DNA from: a virus | Taxonomy: Duplodnaviria > Caudoviricetes | Length of the DNA: 64,000 bases | Direction: 5' to 3' (one strand) | IMG/VR virus record: IMGVR_UViG_3300037851_000360 | Span: 1 to 64,000 of that record | Shown: piece by piece, positions 7,619-16,015 of the stretch | Layout: the number at the start of each line of letters is the position of its first letter | Position numbering within the stretch: the stretch's first letter is position 1 | Position numbers and translations under genes: made by a program | Notes under the pieces: model-generated | What the model was told of the DNA's origin: nothing | The model's input: the letters and a program-made list of their open reading frames with translations, nothing else | The model's database searches: none

Positions 7619-8878
7619 TTACTCTTCCATACCGTCGCCTTCCTGACTGACTTCAAGTTCGTCAGCCAAAGAAGCGTCGGGGTCTTTATACTTCATCACG
7701 AAGGTCTCGCAAATCTTTCCGTAGAGAAATTCACGAAGTTCCGGGCGTGTAGTAATGAGGTTGATGAAATCCTTTTTTTCGAATTTCACAAGCTCAGTCG
7801 TGTCTGGCGCAGTTGCGTCTGGAACGAAGTCGAAGCACAGGCTCTTCTCCTTCTTTGCTGCTTCCATCTCTGCCTCAAGTTCCTTCTTGGATTTCTTCTT
7901 CTCGACCTTCTCAGTCTTCAGGTCCGTCTTCGTGAGAGGGCGGATGATCTTGTTGTCGATGAGGAATTCAATCCAATTGCCGTAGTTGTCGATACCACGG
8001 TCGAATAGAACATTGAACGTTGCCGAACGGAACGGAGGTCCCATACGGTTCTTGACGATAACAGCCTTGGTCTGAATTCCGACCACTTCTTTTGAAGCGT
8101 CTTTAATCTGACCAACGCTCTTGAGGCGAATACGAACCGATGAGTGGAAGGCAATTGCCTTACCACCTGATGTTGTCCACGGATCGCCGAATCCAACGAA
8201 TCCCATCTTCTGACGAAGTTGGTTCGTGAATAGAATAAGCACTCTCTGCTTACCCATCGTCACGGTGATCTTTCTCATAGCCTTGCTCAACGCAATAGCC
8301 TTCTGTGTGGCATATCCATCCGCACCGTGATCCTTCTCCATTTCCGTCTTCGTAGAAGCAGCGGCAACGGAGTCAACAACGATGGTGACGAGACGTTCCT
8401 TGTCAACCTTACGAACCTGTGCGACGATAGTTTCGAGCGAGTCGAAAATATCTTCAACGGTGTCAAGATTGAGATACAACATTTCCTTGGTGTTAACGCC
8501 GATTGCGTTCAAAAACTCCTTGGATACTGCGGTTTCGGTGTCAATGAAGACAGCGACTCCACCTTTCTTTTGAGTGGAAGCGAGGGCATGGGCAGCGATA
8601 AGAGACTTACCGGATGCTTCAAGACCGCTCAATTCCACGATGCGACCGACAGGCAAACCACCGTTGGGGCGATTGCTGATAGCCAAGTCGAGAAGATCAT
8701 TTCCCGTGCTGATCCAATCTGTGATCTGACTCGGGTCGTCTTCTTCGTCGAGAAAGAATGCAACCTTGCCCTGATCCTTCATCGACTTATTCACCACATC
8801 TGCCAGTGAATTCGTCAACTCGTCACGAGTGGAATTGCCTTCATGCTCAACTTTTTCTGATTGACTTTTTTTAGCCAT
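7619..8878 (-). CDS. recA: RecA/UvsX recombinase
   Basis: GLPVGRIVELSGLEASGKS, VVDSVAA, FTNQLRQK, GGKAIAFHSSVRI, KNRMGPP. Confidence 0.95.
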   Translation of the reverse strand: MAKKSQSEKVEHEGNSTRDELTNSLADVVNKSMKDQGKVAFFLDEEDDPSQITDWISTGNDLLDLAISNRPNGGLPVGRIVELSGLEASGKSLIAAHALASTQKKGGVAVFIDTETAVSKEFLNAIGVNTKEMLYLNLDTVEDIFDSLETIVAQVRKVDKERLVTIVVDSVAAASTKTEMEKDHGADGYATQKAIALSKAMRKITVTMGKQRVLILFTNQLRQKMGFVGFGDPWTTSGGKAIAFHSSVRIRLKSVGQIKDASKEVVGIQTKAVIVKNRMGPPFRSATFNVLFDRGIDNYGNWIEFLIDNKIIRPLTKTDLKTEKVEKKKSKKELEAEMEAAKKEKSLCFDFVPDATAPDTTELVKFEKKDFINLITTRPELREFLYGKICETFVMKYKDPDASLADELEVSQEGDGMEE

Positions 8879-8899
8879 AAGTTCCTTTTGGGTACAATT

Positions 8900-8938
8900 G
8901 ATCTATTGGGGAAGGTTGCCCTTCCCCATTGTTAGATC
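8900..8938 (-). other. Intergenic GNRA-capped hairpin between ssb and recA
   Basis: On the mRNA: GGGGAAGG-GCAA-CCTTCCCC, with outer GATCTA/TAGATC pairing; no U tract. Confidence 0.55.
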
Positions 8939-8951
8939 GGTCGGTTAGAGG

Positions 8952-9785
8952 TTACTTCTTTTTGAAGAGAGCCTCGAACTGTGCAGCGACTTCCGACTGA
9001 TTGACCGTTGCCTTTTCAGCAACCGGAGAAGCAGTGACGGTGCTACCGGCTTCCGATGAATCATCGGTACCCGCGTCTTCACCAGCCGTTGCCGTATCAG
9101 AAGAAGATTCACCCTCGGCACCCTCTTCAGGACCGGCGAGGAACTTTTCGAGTTCGGCTTCGAGGTCAGCGTAAGAAGGCTCCGGATAGATATCCAGAAT
9201 GTTCTTCTGATCTTCGCTCACAGCCTTAACAAGTTTCTGATTGCGAATGTCAAACGCTGGGGTCTGGTTCGGCTTCACGAGAATTGCGGTCTCGGGGAAC
9301 GACTTACCAGCCTCGGCAGCAGCCTTGAATTCGATGGAGATATCGCGACCCTTGGAAAGATCGGTAATATCACCGTAGTCAGGATCGGCGATGATCGAGA
9401 GGAGAACCTCGTAAACCTGCTTGCCGAATCCCCAAAACTTCACGCCCTGATCTTCTTCGCCACGGACGAGGATCGGAACGTAGATACGCATCTTGGGTTC
9501 GAGTTTGCGACCCTGCTGATACTTGTCTTTGTCGCCGCTCTTCTTGAGCTGGTTCGCGAGTTCAACGATAGGATCGGGGCGCGAAAACGAATGGGGACTG
9601 AGGAACGTCTTGCCATTCAGTTGGTAGTGGAAATACAATTCGATGAAGGGATTCTCCAGATTGTACTTGTAGGGAACGATGCGGATGATGTGCTTTCCCT
9701 TGGGCTTCCAGAGCACGTTACGTGCTGTATTCTTACTCGTCAGGTTTGAGAGCCTGTTCTTTAGTTTTGCTAGGTCGATAGCCAT
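8952..9785 (-). CDS. Single-stranded DNA-binding protein, T4 gp32-like
   Basis: MAIDLAKLK, IELYFHY, GVKFWGFGKQVY, DITD..KGRDI; acidic C-terminal tail. Confidence 0.85.
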   Translation of the reverse strand: MAIDLAKLKNRLSNLTSKNTARNVLWKPKGKHIIRIVPYKYNLENPFIELYFHYQLNGKTFLSPHSFSRPDPIVELANQLKKSGDKDKYQQGRKLEPKMRIYVPILVRGEEDQGVKFWGFGKQVYEVLLSIIADPDYGDITDLSKGRDISIEFKAAAEAGKSFPETAILVKPNQTPAFDIRNQKLVKAVSEDQKNILDIYPEPSYADLEAELEKFLAGPEEGAEGESSSDTATAGEDAGTDDSSEAGSTVTASPVAEKATVNQSEVAAQFEALFKKK

Positions 9786-9899
9786 AGTGTGTCTTTCCTT
9801 ATTTGGTTATTTTGTCTATTTTTCAATCAGCAATACCTGATCAAAAGTGGTAAAAGTCAATTGTCAATTTTGAAGGGGAACCATTGCTGATTCCCTATG

Positions 9900-9908
9900 A
9901 ATAAATAT
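9900..9908 (-). promoter_or_regulatory. Putative late promoter motif ATATTTATT
   Basis: Recurrent motif upstream of the ssb leader. Confidence 0.5.
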
Positions 9909-9939
9909 CAACGAAGCGCAGAAGACAAGATAAATTAAC

Positions 9940-10341
9940 TCATCCAACCGAAATAGTTTTCAACTTCGTTTTTATGATGCGCGGCCCATTTTCTCCTACA
10001 AGAATGATGGAATTTGTATAGTCATTCCAGTTGATTCTATAGGAAGTATCGAGCCTTCCTTCATTGAGGGAACGGATAAGACTATTCAAGGCATTGATTG
10101 TATAGATCGTATTTGTGTCTTTGTTACGATGAATCAAAATCGTTGCCCGAAGATGCTCCACCGGAGCACCGCCCACATCAATGTTGTAGGTCAAGAAAAG
10201 GTCGTTGGGAGATGCCACACTAAACAGCACGAATACTTTTTTTCCAACAACGCTGTATCGGTTGTGGATATCATGCAACACTTGATCCTTTGTGGATTCA
10301 GTTGCGAAACTACATAGTAAACTGCTCTTTGCCGGAAACAT
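9940..10341 (-). CDS. Hypothetical protein
   Basis: 133-aa ORF in the same-strand gene run. Confidence 0.7.
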   Translation of the reverse strand: MFPAKSSLLCSFATESTKDQVLHDIHNRYSVVGKKVFVLFSVASPNDLFLTYNIDVGGAPVEHLRATILIHRNKDTNTIYTINALNSLIRSLNEGRLDTSYRINWNDYTNSIILVGENGPRIIKTKLKTISVG

Positions 10342-10357
10342 AACCCTTGAGGAATTA

Positions 10358-11194
10358 TCAGTCTCCTACACCACGAGCCTGCATTTCAGGGCGATTCTCC
10401 GGATTCTTGATCCAGACCTTGAGTCGCTCTTTATTTGCGTCATCAATCGGAACAACTTTTCCGTCGAGGCTGGTTACTGCTGCGAGGTTTCCCTGTGCAT
10501 CATAGTAATTGCCATTTCCGGTGCGTTCCCACTTTTGATTGTGTGCCCATTCAACCGATGGATCGACGTATTCCGTCTTTCCTTGTTCACCGGCTCTCCA
10601 GTGTTCACGCGACTTCTGTTGATCGGTCTTCGTGTACTTTGTTGGAGCGGTTGGAACATCAACGCCTGCTGATGGTTTTTCCATGGCAGGAGCATTTGGC
10701 TTCGGTGCCTCCGGAGTTGCAATTGGAGCAGGAAGTTCGGGTGCCTTCGGTGCTGGCTTTGCTGGGGCAGGCTGTGCGGGCGCAGCGGGCTTTTGTTGCT
10801 GTGCAGGCTGTTCGGGAGCCGGTGGGGGAGGTGCGGAAGGTGCCGCTTCCGGTGCTGTCGGTGCTGGTTCTGCCTTCTTAACCAAGTGCATTCCACCTTT
10901 TCCGCCCGTTGGGTCGCTTTGAAAGAAGTCACCCGATGCAAGAGCATTCTTCTTGTGCTCGGGAGTTGGGAAGGTTACGAGGAATCCCTCACGATTGTAT
11001 GCCTGACGCTCAGGATACTTACCTTCAACCATGTTGTTCACAAACTCGCAAATCCAGCGTCTTTCGAGACCTTTTCTGCCCAAGTGATCGACTAGAACAT
11101 CAACGTGCTCCTGTAGGCTTGGGTCGAAAATGCCGGTGGTCACTCTTTCATCGAGGCACACCGACAGGAGAAGGTCATACATGAATTTTTTCAT
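10358..11194 (-). CDS. Hypothetical protein with Pro/Ala-rich linker
   Basis: 278-aa ORF; late motif upstream. Confidence 0.75.
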   Translation of the reverse strand: MKKFMYDLLLSVCLDERVTTGIFDPSLQEHVDVLVDHLGRKGLERRWICEFVNNMVEGKYPERQAYNREGFLVTFPTPEHKKNALASGDFFQSDPTGGKGGMHLVKKAEPAPTAPEAAPSAPPPPAPEQPAQQQKPAAPAQPAPAKPAPKAPELPAPIATPEAPKPNAPAMEKPSAGVDVPTAPTKYTKTDQQKSREHWRAGEQGKTEYVDPSVEWAHNQKWERTGNGNYYDAQGNLAAVTSLDGKVVPIDDANKERLKVWIKNPENRPEMQARGVGD

Positions 11195-11215
11195 ACGAGA
11201 TGGGTTAGTTCAATC

Positions 11216-11224
11216 TATAAATAT
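11216..11224 (-). promoter_or_regulatory. Putative late promoter motif ATATTTATA
   Basis: Recurrent motif. Confidence 0.6.
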
Positions 11225-11240
11225 AGGTCGAAACCGAAAC

Positions 11241-12632
11241 CTACTCCGGTATGATGAAATTGTTCATGTTTTTGAAATCCGTTCCGGTTTTTATAGAAAT
11301 GGGGAACTCACCTTCCTCCATCATACGACGAATGTCAAAGACCAATTCCGGCCCGTCATCCATACAGAAATCAATTAATATCGAGTCGTATAGATACAAC
11401 ACAATCTTTGATTTCTTATTGTCTAGGTAGTCAAGAACGTTCCGTATGACCATCAGGTTGCGTTCTGTCTCATACGCTTGGAGGAGATAGTTGACGACCT
11501 TGTTTGGGAATGGCTTTTCGCCAAGGTGACATTCTTTAATCTGGCGATTGAAGATCGGCGTTTCCACATACCCGTGTTCACAATAGAACTTCCATCGGCT
11601 ATCGACATACTTCTGAATGGCAGCGAAATACGGAACTTCCAGCAGCAATTCATCGATCTTTCCGTAAAGGTTCTGGAAGGTCAGACTCTTGACTGCCTTC
11701 AACTCATCGGTCGTAACGTCATCCTTACCGAGAATTTCTGTAGCAATCCATCGGTATGTGTCAGCCTTTGCGGCTTTGTTTAGAGGATAGTTGGCAAGTC
11801 GTGCCAAAAGGTGAGGGTGATATGACTTGAAGTCGGAAAGCAGAAGGATTCCATTTGAACCAAAACGGGAGGTGAAATGAAGACGCTCATCGTTTTCTTT
11901 GTTCAATGCCGCCAAATTCACTCCACCGAACGTATTACTAGGTCTGCCCGTCGAACTCCATGGATTGTAATTACACCGGAACAGATTGTCGCTGTTGATG
12001 AATGTTGAGGAGTTGGGGAAAAGAGATAGGAAACTCCGTCGATCAACGTGCATACCACCTTCCTCCATTCGAGAGAGAATAGGAATGATGTGATTGACCA
12101 AACTGGCATAACCCAAATCCTTCAGTTCAACGTCGGTTGGAATCGCTTGCTTCATGATCCACATACCGAACATTTCGATGTGCTTGGTCAATGGAATCAC
12201 GATGTTGATCTTGCTTCCGTTCGGATACATCCTGTGAAAATATTGATGTGCGACCGTCTCGATAGGGTAATCCGGATCGCCACCGCGAATGTAGTTTAAT
12301 GCATCTGCCATTTCAAACTTCACACCCGTTCCACGAAGATACTGCGTCGTTGACTTTCCACAATCAGCAATGAGTTTGACCTTTGTTCGTGGAAGACCCA
12401 TCAACGCCTTGTAGGCGATTGCAGGAGTTGTGTTCACGTTTTCCGTTAAAGAAAACCCGATGACGATGATTTTATCTCGGTTTCCAACGAGAATACCCGC
12501 CACCTTTGTGTCCAGAGGATGACGATTATGGTCTTCGGGAATGATAGTCATCCAGAGAACGCCTCTGGCAATTTCATTCAATGATGACACCATATCCTCG
12601 TCGTCAATCGGAAAGTATGCAGACGGAAACAT
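11241..12632 (-). CDS. polA: Compact, divergent family A DNA polymerase-like protein
   Basis: STGRPSN, motif A SDFKSYHP, motif B KSLTFQNLYG, NYLLQA and motif C LYDS; start re-called to the ATG at 12632; TAG stop. Confidence 0.8.
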   Translation of the reverse strand: MFPSAYFPIDDEDMVSSLNEIARGVLWMTIIPEDHNRHPLDTKVAGILVGNRDKIIVIGFSLTENVNTTPAIAYKALMGLPRTKVKLIADCGKSTTQYLRGTGVKFEMADALNYIRGGDPDYPIETVAHQYFHRMYPNGSKINIVIPLTKHIEMFGMWIMKQAIPTDVELKDLGYASLVNHIIPILSRMEEGGMHVDRRSFLSLFPNSSTFINSDNLFRCNYNPWSSTGRPSNTFGGVNLAALNKENDERLHFTSRFGSNGILLLSDFKSYHPHLLARLANYPLNKAAKADTYRWIATEILGKDDVTTDELKAVKSLTFQNLYGKIDELLLEVPYFAAIQKYVDSRWKFYCEHGYVETPIFNRQIKECHLGEKPFPNKVVNYLLQAYETERNLMVIRNVLDYLDNKKSKIVLYLYDSILIDFCMDDGPELVFDIRRMMEEGEFPISIKTGTDFKNMNNFIIPE

Positions 12633-12638
12633 ACGAGG

Positions 12639-12667
12639 ATTCTTCACCAAAACCACGCGTCCGTCAA
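12639..12667 (-). promoter_or_regulatory. Candidate sigma70-like promoter for polA
   Basis: TTGACG-N17-AAGAAT. Confidence 0.45.
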
Positions 12668-12673
12668 CATTTT

Positions 12674-13063
12674 TTATGGTCGCCAGAATTGCAATGGATC
12701 GGAGAGTATCGTGCGAATGTCGGGAATTTTTCTTTGGACCTTGACAATCTCCTCTTCGTTTGATTGTCGTGCACCTTTGGTGGTAATTCCGTTTTGAATG
12801 GTGCTATCGCGTTGACCTGAAATCTTCCATGAAGCGGAGGTCTTGATCCACATTTGCTCCGGTGTGCGATTCCACTCGTCTTGACTGGTTTCCATAGGCG
12901 GTCCCTCATTGAACCTGCGTACAAACCAACGAGTGATCGATCCGTTTCTATAATCACCTTCGGTGATAATTGGAGAAGATGATGTTGGAGAATACAGAAC
13001 ACTATCGGTGAAGGGTCGGTTCGCCAATGAATTGTAGATGACTCTGTTTAGGAATTCGCTCAT
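12674..13063 (-). CDS. Hypothetical baseplate-region protein
   Basis: Start re-called to the ATG forming an ATGA overlap with the upstream stop. Confidence 0.65.
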   Translation of the reverse strand: MSEFLNRVIYNSLANRPFTDSVLYSPTSSSPIITEGDYRNGSITRWFVRRFNEGPPMETSQDEWNRTPEQMWIKTSASWKISGQRDSTIQNGITTKGARQSNEEEIVKVQRKIPDIRTILSDPLQFWRP

Positions 13064-15711
13064 TTCTTGGGTGTTTCTTTGAATAGGGCTCGGGTAGGTC
13101 GCACGGCACATTCAACCAGCGTTTCCCACTTACCATTTTGAACTACGTGTTTGACGTTTCTGATTTGGAACACACAATTTGTTCCGTATGGCTTTGGAAG
13201 TTCCGACACACTGAAGCATTGGAGTGTGCGCATACCTGAGATTCCTTGCATAGTGATTTCGAGAGATAGATTAGGCTGAACGATGGAATCTGCGAGGTTT
13301 TCGTTGTGCAAGCCAAACATGGTTTCCTTTAGGAAGGAAATGTCAGGCTCAACCAATGTGGCAAAATTCCGAATCGACGTATCATCGGAGAACGTGTATG
13401 TGTATGCCGTTTCTTGTGGAGACGTTTGTGATAGTTGCTTGATCTTTTCTGTGAGTGCGACTTGCTTCTTCTTCTCTTCGGTTGTTGTCTCTTCGCCCTT
13501 GGTTGGCGCAGGTTTGAACTGACCATCGTTGAAGATTCTATCAAATGTGACGACTTCCTTCGACTCTGGATCGGATTGATCGGATTGAATTCTGAATTGA
13601 AACTTGTAGTCGCTTACCTTGGCGTTCTTGATCGGTGGAGTCATCGACTCGAATAGAATTTGAGTCGTCTGGCTGTCACTCAACTTTACGGAGAACGCCA
13701 TCTTCGAAAGAATGCCCGATGGAGTTAGATATGAGAAGTCGAATAGATCATTATACGAAGTGAGATTCGATGCCTTATGTGTGCAATTCCGATCAATTAC
13801 TGTCAGGGTTGATGGTGAGAGCGGGTCAAGTTGAACAATGTCAAACGACCAAATGTTCCCGGCAGCAGCGTTCATCTTCTTCAAGATTTCCATTACAGCA
13901 GTCTTTACGTCGCCCGCCGACTCCAATTCACTCTTGACCAATTCCTGATGAACATACAAGTTTTTGAGATACCCAACACATCCACGGTCTTTTTCATCTG
14001 TAGTAATTTCTCCATCGGCTACATTTGCAGGAAATGCTCGACGAGACTGACTGTCGGGGTCAGAATCCCACCAGTTGATAATTTTGTTCAAATCCTTTCG
14101 AACGACCTTCACATTTTTGTATGTTGTGGTGTCAAGGGAATTGATGAACTGTGCGTCGGCGTCGCTTGGAGAAGTTGTTGAGTGTTCTCCGACCAATTCG
14201 TTCTTCTTTTTGATTAGAACATCAATTTGGGATTGAAGATTTGCATTTCCTATCTTTGTAAGTCGTCGCAACTCAGCATTCGCCTCGCGTGGGGTTTGAA
14301 AGCCGGAGTACACACGAACGTCTTTAGCCTTCTCAGACATGGCTGCGAGGCTATCATCAGATTCCTTCAACTTTCTGTTGTTGGTGTCTATACCATCTTG
14401 TAAATTCTGAATCTCGGCATCTATTGCTCCCACACCGGTCGGTCCCAAGAACGAAAATGTCTGGTATCGCTCGGGTGATTTGGAGTTTGGAATCAAGAGA
14501 ACTTTTCCATTGCTGCTTTTAATGTTTGGATGAGCCGATATGATCGACTTGCTAATATCAAATGATATGATCTTGTTATCCTTGGCAACAATCTTGTTAA
14601 TCCAAAAGAACAAGTTTTCCATAGACATCCACCAATCATTCGTGTCTCCACCAAAGTCGAAATCACCCTCAAACGGTTGAGCAGAACCTCCCGCCGCTTG
14701 CTTTGCGTTGAAATCTTTGATTCTTGTGTTAGTCACTTCAACCTTTTTTCCTAGACGAGATTTGTATGGAGAATATCTGCCGGATGTGGTAAACCCACAG
14801 CGACCATAGAATATCTGTGCACCAATGTTATTGGAAATCCCCAATCGATGTAGTTCTCCTGCTGCGCTTGGAAGATTTAGATACCCATACGTGTTGTCCA
14901 AGAAAGTCAAGACCGTTTGACTCGCCTTCTTCTTTTCCTTACCCTCTTCTCCGGTGGAATCTGAACTGTTGTCTAAATACGCCAATCCAGAGTAGATTCC
15001 GCCCGGATGCTTGATTGTCGTCGTGCACGTGAAGCCTCCATCGGGTCTTGGGTCGAAAGTGTATCCCGTAACGAATCCATACGATATGTCATAGTTTCCG
15101 GAATTCTTTCTGCTCATTTCTAAGAATGATCCGGTTGTGTTTACCATGTTCGCCAACGCGTTTGTATCTTTAAGATCGACAACTTTGAGGGGCTCATTTC
15201 CATACACCCAACCGTACTCTATGATCAGGCTTACTCCCGGATTGAGAAAGTATGGAGCGATGTATTCCAGTTGGCTCTTTGACCAGCAAATCCACTTGAT
15301 TGTGCTCACTCTGAACTGGCGGCTATCTCCTTCAGCAGAGGAATTTTCAATCGACTCAATCTGTGGAAGTGGGCGATTCTTCATTGGGTCGTCGCGAACA
15401 ATGTGAGGATTTCCGACCGGATCATATCCGATAATGCTACCGGCGTTATTTCCGATGTTGTATGTATTTTTGAACCCCATCGTCTTTTCACTATTTTCAA
15501 AGACAAAGCCTCTTCCGAAATTTGAGCAAACCCTACTCCACACCGTCCGAGGGTGACCGTGGTTTTTTGACCCTGCGGGCACGAATCCGAACACGGCGTT
15601 TTCTTTGTTCTTCACCGTCAATTGATTTGAACGTGCGAGCAATTCTTCAATCACGAACGACGGAAGATTTTGAATCGAGTTCGGATACAAGTATTTTTCT
15701 TGTTCTGCCAT
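13060..15711 (-). CDS. Putative baseplate hub protein (gp27/gpD-like)
   Basis: 883 aa; position after the gp53/LysM-like gene; C-terminal ITMQGISG...FQIRNVKH..WET resembles gpD-type hubs. Confidence 0.6.
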   Translation of the reverse strand: MAEQEKYLYPNSIQNLPSFVIEELLARSNQLTVKNKENAVFGFVPAGSKNHGHPRTVWSRVCSNFGRGFVFENSEKTMGFKNTYNIGNNAGSIIGYDPVGNPHIVRDDPMKNRPLPQIESIENSSAEGDSRQFRVSTIKWICWSKSQLEYIAPYFLNPGVSLIIEYGWVYGNEPLKVVDLKDTNALANMVNTTGSFLEMSRKNSGNYDISYGFVTGYTFDPRPDGGFTCTTTIKHPGGIYSGLAYLDNSSDSTGEEGKEKKKASQTVLTFLDNTYGYLNLPSAAGELHRLGISNNIGAQIFYGRCGFTTSGRYSPYKSRLGKKVEVTNTRIKDFNAKQAAGGSAQPFEGDFDFGGDTNDWWMSMENLFFWINKIVAKDNKIISFDISKSIISAHPNIKSSNGKVLLIPNSKSPERYQTFSFLGPTGVGAIDAEIQNLQDGIDTNNRKLKESDDSLAAMSEKAKDVRVYSGFQTPREANAELRRLTKIGNANLQSQIDVLIKKKNELVGEHSTTSPSDADAQFINSLDTTTYKNVKVVRKDLNKIINWWDSDPDSQSRRAFPANVADGEITTDEKDRGCVGYLKNLYVHQELVKSELESAGDVKTAVMEILKKMNAAAGNIWSFDIVQLDPLSPSTLTVIDRNCTHKASNLTSYNDLFDFSYLTPSGILSKMAFSVKLSDSQTTQILFESMTPPIKNAKVSDYKFQFRIQSDQSDPESKEVVTFDRIFNDGQFKPAPTKGEETTTEEKKKQVALTEKIKQLSQTSPQETAYTYTFSDDTSIRNFATLVEPDISFLKETMFGLHNENLADSIVQPNLSLEITMQGISGMRTLQCFSVSELPKPYGTNCVFQIRNVKHVVQNGKWETLVECAVRPTRALFKETPKK

Positions 15712-15718
15712 AACCTAT

Positions 15719-16015
15719 TTAAGAGTTGAGTGTGTTAAATTCTTGTACGATGGAAAATACGTTTTGTGGAATGCGAAGCAATGTACCTTCTGGAACTTCA
15801 AGAGTTCCTTTACCGAGTGAATTTGCACGTGCGATAATCCACCACAAGGTAGAATCGCTATAGTATTTTTGTGCCAACGAGTCGAGTTTTGTGGTTTCGT
15901 TGGTGCTGATGAAAATGTCGCTCGAACCGACCGGTATCGTTGGATATTGGGTTGTGAGATAAGCCCTCTTACCGTCAAACCTCTTGAATATGTTTGGTGG
16001 ATTGTAGCGGATCAT
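15719..16015 (-). CDS. Baseplate wedge protein, gp53/tail-X/LysM-like
   Basis: KLDSLAQKYYSDSTLWWIIARAN...GTLLRIP. Confidence 0.75.
   Translation of the reverse strand: MIRYNPPNIFKRFDGKRAYLTTQYPTIPVGSSDIFISTNETTKLDSLAQKYYSDSTLWWIIARANSLGKGTLEVPEGTLLRIPQNVFSIVQEFNTLNS

Noticed and set aside
11205-11243. Read-through of the polA amber stop
   Set aside because: It adds only 11 codons before a TAA and does not fuse to the next gene.
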